A stretch of 64,000 bases of DNA from Deferribacterales bacterium (GTDB lineage Bacteria; Chrysiogenota; Deferribacteres; Deferribacterales; Geovibrionaceae): the NCBI GenBank assembly GCA_050251875.1, contig JBFWMA010000007.1:105431-169430 (forward strand), given 5' to 3'. Position 1 is the first letter of the stretch, and each line of letters opens with the position of its first letter. The position numbers were made by a program, and so were the translations under genes. The notes beneath the pieces were generated by a model that saw only the letters and a list, made by a program, of their open reading frames with translations, was not told the origin of the DNA and did no database searches. Shown one piece after another: positions 19,664 to 30,983 of this stretch.

Positions 19664-20869
19664 CTATATTTTTCTGCGGACGAACTCTCTTCCCATCTTC
19701 ACAATATCCGCAAAGCCCTCACCCTCCAGATCGGCGGCGGCTTTCTTAAGCTCTTCAGGAATATCTATATTCTGCGGGCATTTATCCAGACACTCACCGC
19801 AGGCGACACACTGTGAGGCGAACCCGGTTTTCGGATCGTCACTGAACACGTCTCCGGTTGTCATGGCATATTTGAATCTGGATCCCATCACCTCGCCGAA
19901 TGCGTGCAGGTTGTTATACCACTCGAAACACACGGGTATTTTAACCCCCACAGGGCAAGGCAGGCAGTATCCGCAGGCGGTGCATCCCACCTTCATCACA
20001 CTGTTATACGCCTTTTCCGCTTCGTCCACAATCTTCAGCTCAGCCGGAGTCATGCTGTCTGCCTCCGCATCGGACGCTATCCTGATATTCTCATCTATGT
20101 GGGCTTCCTCGTTCATTCCGGAGAGAATCAGCGTCACCTCGGGATGGTTCCATATCCACCTGAGCGCCCATTCCACAGGCGTGCGTTTCTTGTCGGCGCT
20201 GTCCCAAACATCCTGAACAGCCTTCGGCTGAACCTCTTTACCCAGACTGCCGCCACGCAGAGGCTCCATAATCACCACGCCTATGTTCTTTGCTGCGGCG
20301 TATTTCAGTCCGGAGAGCCCAGCCTGATAGTTTCTGTCCAGAAAATTATATTGTATCTGGCAGAAATCCCAGTCATAGCAGTCAACTATGGGATTAAAAT
20401 CCCTCGGCTCGCCGTGATAAGAAAATCCGGCACGGACTATGCGCCCGTCCGCTTTGATATCGTCTATAAATTTCAGAATATCCAGCTTCATCAGTCTGTT
20501 CCATGACGGACCGTTGAGCGAATGCATCAGATAGTAGTCTATGTGATCTGTCTCCAGCCTCTCTAGCTGGGCGTTCAGATATTTTTCCATGTCTTCTCTG
20601 CTGTTCACCAGCCATGTGGGGAGTTTGGTTGCCAGCTTCACTTTTTCTCTGTAGCCGTCTTTCAGAGCTTTTGCCACGAGCGGCTCACTGGCTCCGTTGT
20701 GATAGGGCCATGCGGTATCCACATAGTTCACCCCTCTGTCTATGGCATCCCTTATCTGCGCTATGGCTCTCTCTTCGTCTATGGCTTTGTCTTTCATAGG
20801 CAGACGCATACATCCGAAACCGAGAATGGACAGCTCGTCACCGTTTTTGGGCATGGTTCTATAGAGCAT
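19664..20869 (-). CDS. Aldo/keto reductase with C-terminal 2x[4Fe-4S] domain
   Basis: LGFGCMRLP, DTAWPYH, MEPLRGG; CTACGYCLPCP and CVACGECLDKCP; ATG at 20869 behind GGAGG. Confidence 0.92.
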   Translation of the reverse strand: MLYRTMPKNGDELSILGFGCMRLPMKDKAIDEERAIAQIRDAIDRGVNYVDTAWPYHNGASEPLVAKALKDGYREKVKLATKLPTWLVNSREDMEKYLNAQLERLETDHIDYYLMHSLNGPSWNRLMKLDILKFIDDIKADGRIVRAGFSYHGEPRDFNPIVDCYDWDFCQIQYNFLDRNYQAGLSGLKYAAAKNIGVVIMEPLRGGSLGKEVQPKAVQDVWDSADKKRTPVEWALRWIWNHPEVTLILSGMNEEAHIDENIRIASDAEADSMTPAELKIVDEAEKAYNSVMKVGCTACGYCLPCPVGVKIPVCFEWYNNLHAFGEVMGSRFKYAMTTGDVFSDDPKTGFASQCVACGECLDKCPQNIDIPEELKKAAADLEGEGFADIVKMGREFVRRKI

Positions 20870-20979
20870 GGGAAACCTCCGGAAATAAAAAATTCTCAAC
20901 CATTTAGTATGATATACAATTCAGCGGATGAAACAATACATATTAATCTTAGATTATTGCCTGATTCGACAGAAGTGAT

Positions 20980-21008
20980 AAAAAAAGGCGGGGTGAAGAA
21001 CCCCGCCT
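20980..21008 (-). terminator. eno terminator
   Basis: AGGCGGGG/CCCCGCCT stem with A-run. Confidence 0.8.
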
Positions 21009-21017
21009 GTAAGGTGA

Positions 21018-22331
<1,314 letters not shown>

Positions 22332-22514
22332 TTATGTTTATCAATATCTCTATTGGGTCATAACAAAAATGTCACCCGTTCATAGCAGTAAAAGTATAGC
22401 CCTAAAGTAATATAAATGACAATATCAATTAAAATCTTCATCAATATTTCTGATAGTATAATCTGTTATTTATGTTCCTATAAAAACATGCTATATAATT
22501 TTTGGAGAAAATTT

Positions 22515-24380
22515 ATGAAAAACACAACATCAAAGGCGTACTATATTATTTTTGCTATCTATTTCATAATATTCGGCATAGTTGTTGCGTTGGTTACTTC
22601 TGCCGTCAACTACAGGATACACTACGTCGATATTAATAAACAAATATCACAGACCGCTGAAAACGCCTTTATGGAAAAGGCTTTTTATTGGGACAGTAAT
22701 AAGCGGTTTAGAGTTCTTATCCTAAAATCAATCGCATCAAGTGATATACTGATTAAGTATATCAGAAACGGAACAGATGAAAATAAAGACAACGTTAAAA
22801 AACTTCTCTATGCTTTTGCCAGTGCAAACCCTGATTTTATGCAGGTGAGGTATCTGGACGAAAAAGGCATGGAAAAAGTACGCGTAGACAGGATCATAAA
22901 CGACCTGCGCATAATCCCGGACACCGAACTTCAGGATAAGTCAGAACGGTATTATTTTAAAGAGGCGGCCCTGAGCCGCAACCATGAAGTATGGAGATCC
23001 AAAATAGATTTGAATATCGAACACGGCAAAGTTGAAATACCATTTAAACCAACACTCAGGTTAGCAACTCCGGTATATTTCAATAACAAATTTAAAGGAA
23101 TTATTATCATCAATCTATTAATGAACAACACATTAAATAATTCAACAAATATAGTTAATTTCAATACCTACCTAATAGACAGTGACGGTCAAATAATAAA
23201 AAGTCCTGACTCCAGCCAGTCATGGAGCAACTATGTTGATGGTCGAAAAGATTTCTTCTCCTTGATCAATGCAAACAAGATAATTTTAACTACAGATAAA
23301 TTCATAGGAAAAGATTTATTTTCTTTTAATATGGAGCAGTACATCAGCAACGGAGAACAGATACGCATGGTGCTGATACCTAAACATTCTGCCATCATGA
23401 GTATGAGAAAGAGAAATATTTCTGCCGCTCTGCTGATAGCTGTAATAGTGCTGGCCGTATCTATCCCCCTTTCATGGGTGGCGGCATATATTCCGTCCAT
23501 GCTCCAGGCAAAACTTGCGGCATCCAACTATGAACTGAATAAATTTCACTCCATCATGGACAAATATCTGATAAGCGCCACCACGGACAAAAATCAGGTG
23601 ATAACATCATGCAGCAAGGCTTTTACAGATATCACCGAATATTCCGCCGATGAGCTGATCGGTCAGACCAACAAACTAATCAGACATCCGGAGAACGACC
23701 CCGCCATATACAAAGACCTCTGGGACACCATCACAGAGGGAAAAGTGTGGGAGGGCGACCTCCGCTGCGTCAGCAAGACCGGAAAAACATTCTGGCTCCA
23801 TAAGATAATCAGCCCCGATCTGGACGAAAAAGGTCAGGTGACAGGATACACATCCATAGACTATGACTGCACCGATGCAAAGCTCATCGAAGAGATGTCT
23901 GTGACAGACCAGCTGACAGGGCTTTATAACAGACGCAAACTGGACGAATCACTGGAAACCGAAATGGTGAGGTTCAACAGATATAAGCATGATTTCTGCG
24001 TAATACTGCTGGACATAGACCACTTCAAAAAAGTGAACGACACTTTTGGCCACTCAGAGGGCGACAGAGTTCTTAAAGAGCTGGCAAGCATACTAAAAGC
24101 AAACACCAGAGCCACAGACACAGTGGGCAGATGGGGCGGAGAAGAGTTTCTTATTGTGGCCTCAGAAACCGACATCACAGCCTGCGCCAGACTGGCGGAG
24201 AAGATACGTCTGGAGGTTCAGGAGCATTATTTCGGCAGTGTGGGCAGGGTTACCATCAGTCTGGGAGCGGCCCAGTACACATACGGAGATACTATATCCC
24301 ACTTCATAGTCAATGCGGACAGCGCCCTGTACAAGGCGAAACAGAACGGGCGCAACAGAACCGAACTGCACAATGGATAA
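22515..24380 (+). CDS. Membrane diguanylate cyclase (Cache-type sensor, PAS, GGDEF)
   Basis: Two TMs around QVRYLD..G.E/LQDK..RYYF sensor; PAS; RATD I-site and GGEEF; ATG 22515 behind GGAG. Confidence 0.92.
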   Translation: MKNTTSKAYYIIFAIYFIIFGIVVALVTSAVNYRIHYVDINKQISQTAENAFMEKAFYWDSNKRFRVLILKSIASSDILIKYIRNGTDENKDNVKKLLYAFASANPDFMQVRYLDEKGMEKVRVDRIINDLRIIPDTELQDKSERYYFKEAALSRNHEVWRSKIDLNIEHGKVEIPFKPTLRLATPVYFNNKFKGIIIINLLMNNTLNNSTNIVNFNTYLIDSDGQIIKSPDSSQSWSNYVDGRKDFFSLINANKIILTTDKFIGKDLFSFNMEQYISNGEQIRMVLIPKHSAIMSMRKRNISAALLIAVIVLAVSIPLSWVAAYIPSMLQAKLAASNYELNKFHSIMDKYLISATTDKNQVITSCSKAFTDITEYSADELIGQTNKLIRHPENDPAIYKDLWDTITEGKVWEGDLRCVSKTGKTFWLHKIISPDLDEKGQVTGYTSIDYDCTDAKLIEEMSVTDQLTGLYNRRKLDESLETEMVRFNRYKHDFCVILLDIDHFKKVNDTFGHSEGDRVLKELASILKANTRATDTVGRWGGEEFLIVASETDITACARLAEKIRLEVQEHYFGSVGRVTISLGAAQYTYGDTISHFIVNADSALYKAKQNGRNRTELHNG

Positions 24381-24474
24381 TAACGCTCACTAATTTTCCA
24401 CATGTGCTTTATCACCTTGACTTTGAGAAAACCACTGTATTATTATGCTTCTAAACTGACCCATAGGGCAAAAT

Positions 24475-25770
24475 ATGTACGACATTCCAAACCTCCTTTT
24501 CGCCGACAGGCAGGGAAATATATATGACCATCCGCACCTGAAAATGACCGTCAGGAGCGAGAATTTCAACTTCGTCCCATACGAGGTGGAGCTCATCGAG
24601 CTGCCGCCGTCTTCCAGACTGTATTTCGTTCCGGACACTCATCCTGTCGCCTACAACCCCGACACAGCGGGCATGGAGACCTTCACAGGCGGATACGCCG
24701 TCAGCGCTTTTCTCGACCCGGGATATCTGCGTCTGTTTCTGCCCTCATATGTGAAAAACTCCGACACCATCCTCCCGCTCTATGCGTATACCGCCGTGGG
24801 CTGGCTGAACGACAGATTTGTCGTACCCGCCATCAAGGTGGATGACGACAGCAAATGGAACCCGAAAAATTTCGATTACACAGACAAATTCAAGCCCACC
24901 GTGGACGAGATGCTGGCGAAATATCCTGACAACAGGCTTTATAAACAGCTCTCCACATGCGCTCTGAAATATCACTGCACAGCGGCTAAAAACGCCTTCA
25001 TAGGCAGATGGGAATGTCCCCTGCCCTCAGCCCCCACATGCAACAGCAGATGCATCGGCTGTATCTCCTTTCAGGAGGACAAGAAGGTGGCGGCGCCGCA
25101 GGACAGGATAAAATTCATCCCAAAACCAGAAGAGATAGCTCAGGTGGCTCTCAACCACTATGAGGTGGCGGAAGAGCCCATAGTCAGCTTTGGTCAGGGA
25201 TGCGAGGGCGACCCCATCACAGTCACCGACACCATCGCCGAGGCGATAAAGATCATCAAGAAAAAAGCGCCGGAACTGACTGTCAATTTCAACTCGAACT
25301 GCAGCAATCCGGAAAAGATGAAAATGATATTTGACGCCGGAGTGGATAGTATCCGTGTCAGCCTCAATTCCGTGGTAGAATCCACATATAACGCTTACTA
25401 CAACCCTGTGAACTACACGCTGGAAGATGTGCTGAAAAGCATAGAGCTGGCGAACAGATATAACGTATATACCTCGCTCAACTTTCTGACTATGCCCGGC
25501 ATAAACGACAGAGAGAGCGAGGCGGACACTCTGATAGATTTTCTGTCGGCATATCAGATAGACCTGATACAGCTCAGAAATCTGAACATCGACCCTGACC
25601 TGCTCTTTTCGAAGATGAAGTTCAGGAAGGAGGAGATTTTAGGACTGAAAAATCTCCTGAAACTGGTGAAAAAGAAGCATAAGAATATGAAGTTCGGTTA
25701 CTTTAACAGGACCAGAGAGAATTTTCACAAGGATCTCGGTCTTCCGGATTTAAAAAGGAGGAACAAATGA
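24475..25770 (+). CDS. Radical SAM protein, unknown substrate
   Basis: CNSRCIGC (CxxxCxxC), SFGQGCEGDP, RVSLNS and QLRNLNIDP. Confidence 0.88.
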   Translation: MYDIPNLLFADRQGNIYDHPHLKMTVRSENFNFVPYEVELIELPPSSRLYFVPDTHPVAYNPDTAGMETFTGGYAVSAFLDPGYLRLFLPSYVKNSDTILPLYAYTAVGWLNDRFVVPAIKVDDDSKWNPKNFDYTDKFKPTVDEMLAKYPDNRLYKQLSTCALKYHCTAAKNAFIGRWECPLPSAPTCNSRCIGCISFQEDKKVAAPQDRIKFIPKPEEIAQVALNHYEVAEEPIVSFGQGCEGDPITVTDTIAEAIKIIKKKAPELTVNFNSNCSNPEKMKMIFDAGVDSIRVSLNSVVESTYNAYYNPVNYTLEDVLKSIELANRYNVYTSLNFLTMPGINDRESEADTLIDFLSAYQIDLIQLRNLNIDPDLLFSKMKFRKEEILGLKNLLKLVKKKHKNMKFGYFNRTRENFHKDLGLPDLKRRNK

Positions 25771-26483
25771 AGAAGGTTATCGTTTTTGCAATGATGCTGA
25801 TGTGTTCCAGCGCATTCGCGGAATTTTCACTGATGCCCGATCTGACAGCCACACAGTTCAAAGATCTGGTATCCGACCTCAGCATGGCAGTGACCCCCAC
25901 CATCTCCAGCCCTGCCGAGCCCCTGAAGACTCTCGGGTTCGACATCGCCCTCGAGTCCCAGCTCACCACTATCAACAGTGACGCGGACAGATGGGAAAAC
26001 GCATGGGGCGGAGCTGAAGCCGCCAACACAATATGGGCAAACAGAGTGCATATTCAGAAGGGACTTCCCTTCGGAGTGGATCTTGGAGCAAGCGTTACTC
26101 AGGGCGCCAATCTCAACTTCACAGCCGCCACAGTGGAAGCTAAATACGCTTTTCTGAAAGGCTCAGTGGTTACTCCCGCCATCAGCGCCAGAGTTGCCTA
26201 CACAAAAGTTTTCAACATTGAGGATGTAAACCTCCAGACTTTCCTTGCCGGACTTTACATCAGCAAAGGATTCCTCATCCTGACACCCTATGCGGGTATC
26301 GAGGATGTATACGCCATCGCCAGCGAAGATTCTGACGCTGACCTTGACGATGAAACAGCAAACAATATCAGAGGACTTGTCGGTCTTCAGATATGCCCTT
26401 TCCCGCTTTTCGTCATCAACGTAGAGGCGGCTAAGGCAGCAGATGTTTACCAATTCGGACTTAAAGCAGGTCTCAGGTTTTAA
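25767..26483 (+). CDS. Putative outer-membrane beta-barrel protein
   Basis: Signal peptide ending AFA; alternating beta-strand pattern; C-terminal GLRF beta-signal. Confidence 0.7.
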   Translation: MKKVIVFAMMLMCSSAFAEFSLMPDLTATQFKDLVSDLSMAVTPTISSPAEPLKTLGFDIALESQLTTINSDADRWENAWGGAEAANTIWANRVHIQKGLPFGVDLGASVTQGANLNFTAATVEAKYAFLKGSVVTPAISARVAYTKVFNIEDVNLQTFLAGLYISKGFLILTPYAGIEDVYAIASEDSDADLDDETANNIRGLVGLQICPFPLFVINVEAAKAADVYQFGLKAGLRF

Positions 26484-28046
26484 ATGAACAATTACTTTTA
26501 TGACTACATAGTCTTAGGCAGCGGCGTGGCCGGCCTCAGGGCGGCCATCGAGCTTGCCGGTTTCGGCAGGGTTGCTGTTGTTACAAAATGTTTTCTGGGG
26601 GAAAGCTCCTCAGAATACGCACAGGGCGGCGTCGCAGTCGCCCTTTCTGATGATGATGACATTTCTCTGCACATAGAGGATACTTTGCGTGCAGGAGATG
26701 GGCTGTGTGACCTTAAGGCGGTCTCGACTCTTGTGGAGGAAGGACCTAAATATATCAAGCAGCTTATCTCCTGGGGAGCGAAGTTCGACATGCACGGAGG
26801 AGTGCTGGAATTTTCCCGTGAGGCGGCGCACAGCGTCAACAGGATTATCCACGCCAAAGGGGACGCCACCGGACACGAGATCGTACGAACGCTTAAGGAA
26901 TATTCCAAAACGTTCGAAAACATAGAAAAGCTGGAATACACCTATGCTCTGGACTTTATCAAAGACGCTCCGGACAGCGTGTGCGGTGTTCTGGCTCTGG
27001 ACGAGAAAACCGGCGAGCTGGAATATTATTACGCCAAGGCGGTCATAGTCGCCACAGGCGGAGCGGGCAGACTCTACCGCAGAACCACCAACCCCGCTGT
27101 CGTCACAGGAGACGGCATGGCGATGGCTTTCAGAGCCGGCGCTGTTATGCGTGATATGGAGTTCTATCAGTTTCACCCCACAGGTCTCACAATCAAGGGC
27201 GCTCCGGCGTTTCTTCTGAGCGAGGCGATGAGAGGCGAAGGCGGAATACTCCGCAACATAAACATGGAGCGCTTCGCCAGCAAATATCACCCGGACGGCG
27301 AGCTGGCCCCCAGAGACGTGGTGAGCAGAGCCATCTTCTTTGAGATGAAGCAGACAGGCACAGACCATGTGTTCCTCGATCTGACGCATCTGGAAAAAGA
27401 TTTTGTAAAAAACAGATTCCCGAAAATATATTCCACCTGTCTGGAATACAATATCGACATCACAGTCGATCCTATTCCGGTCAGCCCCGCCGCCCACTAT
27501 TTCATGGGCGGAATCTTCACCGATGACTTCGGGCGCTCCAGCCTGAAAGGTCTTTACGCATGCGGCGAGGCGGCATGCAACGGTGTGCACGGGGCTAACA
27601 GGCTGGCGAGCAACTCTCTTCTGGAGGGCGTTGTTTTCGGCGGCAGAAGCGCCGAAACAGCGGCGGAAGACACTAAGGACAGAGTGGTTGCAGAAAGCGC
27701 CATAGCCCTGGGCGAGCCTCTGAAAATTGACGAGGCGGACAAAATGGTGGCTGAGATTCAGGAAGCCATGTGGGACGGAGTGAGCGTTGCCAGAAACGAG
27801 CACGGTCTCTCCAGCGCCATAGCTTATCTTAGCGGTCATCTGCGCAGGTTCAACGGCAGAACACCGTCAGACAGACAGACTGCCGAAATCAGAAATATGC
27901 TCACAGTGGGGCTTCTGATAGCCGAAGCCGCATACGCCAGAAAGGGAAGCAGAGGCGGACACTACCGTGACGACTACCCCGACAGGATAGCGGACAACTG
28001 GCACATCTATTTCGAAAATGCCCAATTTAATCCCGATAAAAAATAG
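26484..28046 (+). CDS. nadB: L-aspartate oxidase
   Basis: GSGVAGL, YAQGG, EAAHS..RI.H, QFHPT, LAPRDVVSR and HGANRLASNSL. Confidence 0.95.
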   Translation: MNNYFYDYIVLGSGVAGLRAAIELAGFGRVAVVTKCFLGESSSEYAQGGVAVALSDDDDISLHIEDTLRAGDGLCDLKAVSTLVEEGPKYIKQLISWGAKFDMHGGVLEFSREAAHSVNRIIHAKGDATGHEIVRTLKEYSKTFENIEKLEYTYALDFIKDAPDSVCGVLALDEKTGELEYYYAKAVIVATGGAGRLYRRTTNPAVVTGDGMAMAFRAGAVMRDMEFYQFHPTGLTIKGAPAFLLSEAMRGEGGILRNINMERFASKYHPDGELAPRDVVSRAIFFEMKQTGTDHVFLDLTHLEKDFVKNRFPKIYSTCLEYNIDITVDPIPVSPAAHYFMGGIFTDDFGRSSLKGLYACGEAACNGVHGANRLASNSLLEGVVFGGRSAETAAEDTKDRVVAESAIALGEPLKIDEADKMVAEIQEAMWDGVSVARNEHGLSSAIAYLSGHLRRFNGRTPSDRQTAEIRNMLTVGLLIAEAAYARKGSRGGHYRDDYPDRIADNWHIYFENAQFNPDKK

Positions 28047-28701
28047 GAACAAACCTTTAATAACAGCGGACGGCTCTATATCTCTCTACAGTATGGACTA
28101 CATGGAGGGATATAGAGCCAAAAGCGTTGGCGCGTTCACTGAAAGCCTTCATAAATTCTATCTGGCGAGCGGCATAGAACAGATGCTGATGAAACAGGAT
28201 GTAAGGCTTCTGGATATATGTCTGGGCGGCGGAAGCAATCTTGCCGTCACACTGGACAGGGTGCTCACACTCAACACCCCCTACCGCCTCCATATCGTCA
28301 CTGTGGAGAAGCAATCGTCTCTTTTTGACACCATTAAGCAGAACGGATTTATGTGGCCTTACAAAGGCTATGAGGCGCTCAGGTATCTGATAGACAACGG
28401 CGGGATGAATAACATCCGGCTGGATATCGCCATCGGTGACGCCGCACGGATAATCAGGGAGATGCCGCTGAAGTTTGACGTGGTATACTTCGACCCTTTC
28501 GGCAAAAGAAAGAACCCGGATATGTGGACTGTGGACGTTTTCAGAGACGTGTATAACCTGATGAACCCCGGCGGAAGAGCCGTTACCTATTCATCCGGCA
28601 AGGCTGTGCGGAACGACTTCGTGACCGCCGGATTTACCTATACCGTGACGAGCAAACCGGACGGAGCTTTTCAGGAAGGCACCGTCTTTCTGAAACACTG
28701 A
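28018..28701 (+). CDS. MnmC-type tRNA mnm5s2U methyltransferase domain (MnmD-like)
   Basis: TADGS.SLY, GA..ES.H.F, LDIC.GGGSN and YFDPF...NPDMW. Confidence 0.8.
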   Translation: MPNLIPIKNRNKPLITADGSISLYSMDYMEGYRAKSVGAFTESLHKFYLASGIEQMLMKQDVRLLDICLGGGSNLAVTLDRVLTLNTPYRLHIVTVEKQSSLFDTIKQNGFMWPYKGYEALRYLIDNGGMNNIRLDIAIGDAARIIREMPLKFDVVYFDPFGKRKNPDMWTVDVFRDVYNLMNPGGRAVTYSSGKAVRNDFVTAGFTYTVTSKPDGAFQEGTVFLKH

Positions 28702-28752
28702 TAACCTTTTATTGTTCATGACATATAATTGCAATTTTTTTGAAATAAGTTA

Positions 28753-28781
28753 TTGACATCCATCATGTGATACGATATAAA
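28753..28781 (+). promoter_or_regulatory. sigma70 promoter of the tRNA-Gly/tRNA-Cys unit
   Basis: TTGACA (28753-28758), 17 bp, TATAAA (28776-28781). Confidence 0.8.
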
Positions 28782-28792
28782 AACATCCTCAT

Positions 28793-28865
28793 GCGGGTAT
28801 AGCTCAGTTGGTAGAGCGCGACCTTGCCAAGGTTGAGGTCACCGGTTCGAGTCCGGCTACCCGCT
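28793..28865 (+). tRNA. tRNA-Gly (GCC)
   Basis: Cloverleaf: GCGGGTA acceptor, AGCTCAGTTGGTAGAGC D-arm, CGACC-TTGCCAA-GGTTG anticodon arm, GTTCGAG T-loop; CCA not encoded. Confidence 0.97.
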
Positions 28866-28907
28866 TTTTTATAGGCTGGCTGATTAGGCTGGTCTTTTTT
28901 TTCTCAT

Positions 28908-28978
28908 GGCGACGTGGCCGAGTGGTTAGGCATCGGACTGCAAATCCGCGTACCCCAGTTCGATTCTGGGCGTCGCCT
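28908..28978 (+). tRNA. tRNA-Cys (GCA); its 3' 45 bp is the attL core
   Basis: GGCGACG/CGTCGCC acceptor stem, CTGCAAA anticodon loop, GTTCGAT T-loop, U discriminator. Confidence 0.96.
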
Positions 28979-29026
28979 CTCTTAAATACCAATAAGTTAC
29001 AAGACTTAAAAAATCTTTATTTCAAC

Positions 29027-29049
29027 TTTTCTAACCTTTTTTCTAACCA
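29027..29049 (+). repeat. Putative integrase arm-type site (left)
   Basis: TTTTCTAACCTTTTTTCTAACCA, identical to 45342-45364. Confidence 0.75.
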
Positions 29050-29150
29050 GTGCAAATACTCATTTAAATGATTGACCGTTAATTGACCGAATTGACCGCC
29101 ACAAGAAATCATACACATTCAATAAAGCATAAGGGCTATGTCGAGTGTAC

Positions 29151-30044
29151 TTATTTAATGCTTTTTATTTTATCCAGTATTTGAAGTGAATCAGAATCGA
29201 GTTTAGAAAAAGCAAACCATTTCTTACCCAAATCTTTCAGGCTTGCTCCTATGTGATAAATTTCTTTTTTATCTATGATAATAAATCTATCATGACAGTT
29301 TTTCAGTTCTTTGACGTTAATTGCTGGATATTGCTGATTATGCTTTTGAATATCAAGATTCAATTGTTTTGAGATTCTATCAGTGTATATTGATGCAGCA
29401 CAACCTGAGCTTCTTTTAGATAAAAGAGTCAGTACAGTGTCATCAATATAGTTATCTATTACAACAATGTCACTTTTGGCTTTCCTCACTAAATCACATA
29501 CAAAGCTATAGGCATCAAAAATTTCACCATCATAAAATATTCCTTGTTTAGGGACAATGTCACGATCTTCGATTGCTTTAAATATCTTTTCAAATTTTGC
29601 TTCGCTTTCGTGTTCATATGATTTCTGTCTGCTTTCAAGCTCTTGAAACTTCTGAAAAATAACAGCATTGCCTGATAAGAATTTCCTCATCTCTATGAAT
29701 GTGTTGATTATCTTTATACTGATTTTTACAGCCACATCACTTTTCAAAACAGCAGAAAGCATGGCAACGCCCTGCTCAGTAAAAGCATATGGTAGAGTTG
29801 AAGAATATTTTAAATTGTCAAGGTGGTCGCAATTTGCGACCACCTCATCAAATTCATCTTTGGAAAGTTGAAACCTGAATTCTTCTGGGAATCTTTCAAT
29901 ATTACGTTTAACTTGCTCGTTCAGTCGTTTAGTTTGAACCTGATATAAATCAGCAAGCTCAGAATCGAGCATTACCTGCTTTCCTCTGATACTGTAAATT
30001 CTCTTTGAAACTTCTGAATTGTTAAACTTAATCAAATCGCTCAT
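29151..30044 (-). CDS. ORF6N DNA-binding protein with C-terminal PLD-like domain
   Basis: IRGKQVMLD..LA.LY, VKRN..RFP..F.FQL and PYAFTEQGVAMLS; C-terminal HDRFIIID...GASLKDLG. Confidence 0.88.
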   Translation of the reverse strand: MSDLIKFNNSEVSKRIYSIRGKQVMLDSELADLYQVQTKRLNEQVKRNIERFPEEFRFQLSKDEFDEVVANCDHLDNLKYSSTLPYAFTEQGVAMLSAVLKSDVAVKISIKIINTFIEMRKFLSGNAVIFQKFQELESRQKSYEHESEAKFEKIFKAIEDRDIVPKQGIFYDGEIFDAYSFVCDLVRKAKSDIVVIDNYIDDTVLTLLSKRSSGCAASIYTDRISKQLNLDIQKHNQQYPAINVKELKNCHDRFIIIDKKEIYHIGASLKDLGKKWFAFSKLDSDSLQILDKIKSIK

Positions 30045-30053
30045 ATTTAAACT

Positions 30054-30974
30054 CTATATTTCATTAAAGTAGTCACTGTCAATTCCTTTAAGCTCGTAAA
30101 CTTCCTGAATATAAACACCGACATTATATTTAATCATGTATTCAGCCAATTGAAGGCCGTTGATAAGAATAATACGCTTATTATTTATTCTAGAAGCGTA
30201 TTCTTTTGCTTCGGCGGTATATTCTGAAGTGGTTATAAAAACGCCCTTAGTTGCTCCTTTGTCGTCAAGAGCACCAGAGAATTGTTGAATCTGCGGTCTT
30301 CCAACAGTCCCCTTGTCCCACCTTTTAGCTTGAATATAAATATTATCAAGTCCGAGAGCATCTTCTTTGATAATACCATCAATTCCTCCATCACCAGACC
30401 TGCCAACAGCTAGCCCAGCAGCACTGTCAGAACCGCCATACCCCATTTTTATCAGGACATCTATTACTATCTTTTCAAAATATGTAGGAGAACATTCTTT
30501 CAGAGTATCCAATAAATCTGAAGCTAGGGTATTCTGGATTGTTTTAAAAGCATTTTGTAGAGTTTCTTCGGGTGCTTGCCCTGAATGTTCATTTGATATC
30601 TGTTCTGTTTGCTCACTTCTATTCTGATTTACGAAAACAGCAAACTCTGGGTATCTTAATAGATAAGCTCTATCAAGGCTTGTAACTGTAGGATCTTCTA
30701 AAACAGCTATACCTCTATCTGTGATTATAAATCTGCTACGTCCTGTTATTTTGATCAAGCAAGCTTTTGTAAGATATGTTTTTGCCCAAGCCGCTCTATA
30801 TGCAAACGTAGTACGATTTTTGTTATTATTCGGCATCCTTTCACTACGGTCTTCTTCTGACAACCGGAGAAGATCTGCAAGAGGCTCTATCAAATCATTT
30901 ATATTCTTTTCCTGCCTGTCTTTCGCAAGCTCAAGCATCGGATACATAATTACATCATAAGAAGGGACAGGCAT
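30054..30974 (-). CDS. mrr: Mrr family type IV restriction endonuclease
   Basis: Mrr_N (R..WA.TYL..A.LI...R...IT.RG) plus catalytic FE..V.D, GDGGIDG, IQAKRW, GVFITTS and LING. Confidence 0.93.
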   Translation of the reverse strand: MPVPSYDVIMYPMLELAKDRQEKNINDLIEPLADLLRLSEEDRSERMPNNNKNRTTFAYRAAWAKTYLTKACLIKITGRSRFIITDRGIAVLEDPTVTSLDRAYLLRYPEFAVFVNQNRSEQTEQISNEHSGQAPEETLQNAFKTIQNTLASDLLDTLKECSPTYFEKIVIDVLIKMGYGGSDSAAGLAVGRSGDGGIDGIIKEDALGLDNIYIQAKRWDKGTVGRPQIQQFSGALDDKGATKGVFITTSEYTAEAKEYASRINNKRIILINGLQLAEYMIKYNVGVYIQEVYELKGIDSDYFNEI

Positions 30975-30983
30975 AAAAACCTC

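Noticed and set aside
26610..27839. Long antisense ORFs (also 12615-13637, 51174-52010, 52071-52898, 21750-22385)
   Set aside because: Shadows of well-supported genes with no recognisable motifs
28804..29071. ORFs 28804-28992 (-) and 28808-29071 (+)
   Set aside because: They overlap two tRNA genes and attL; spurious
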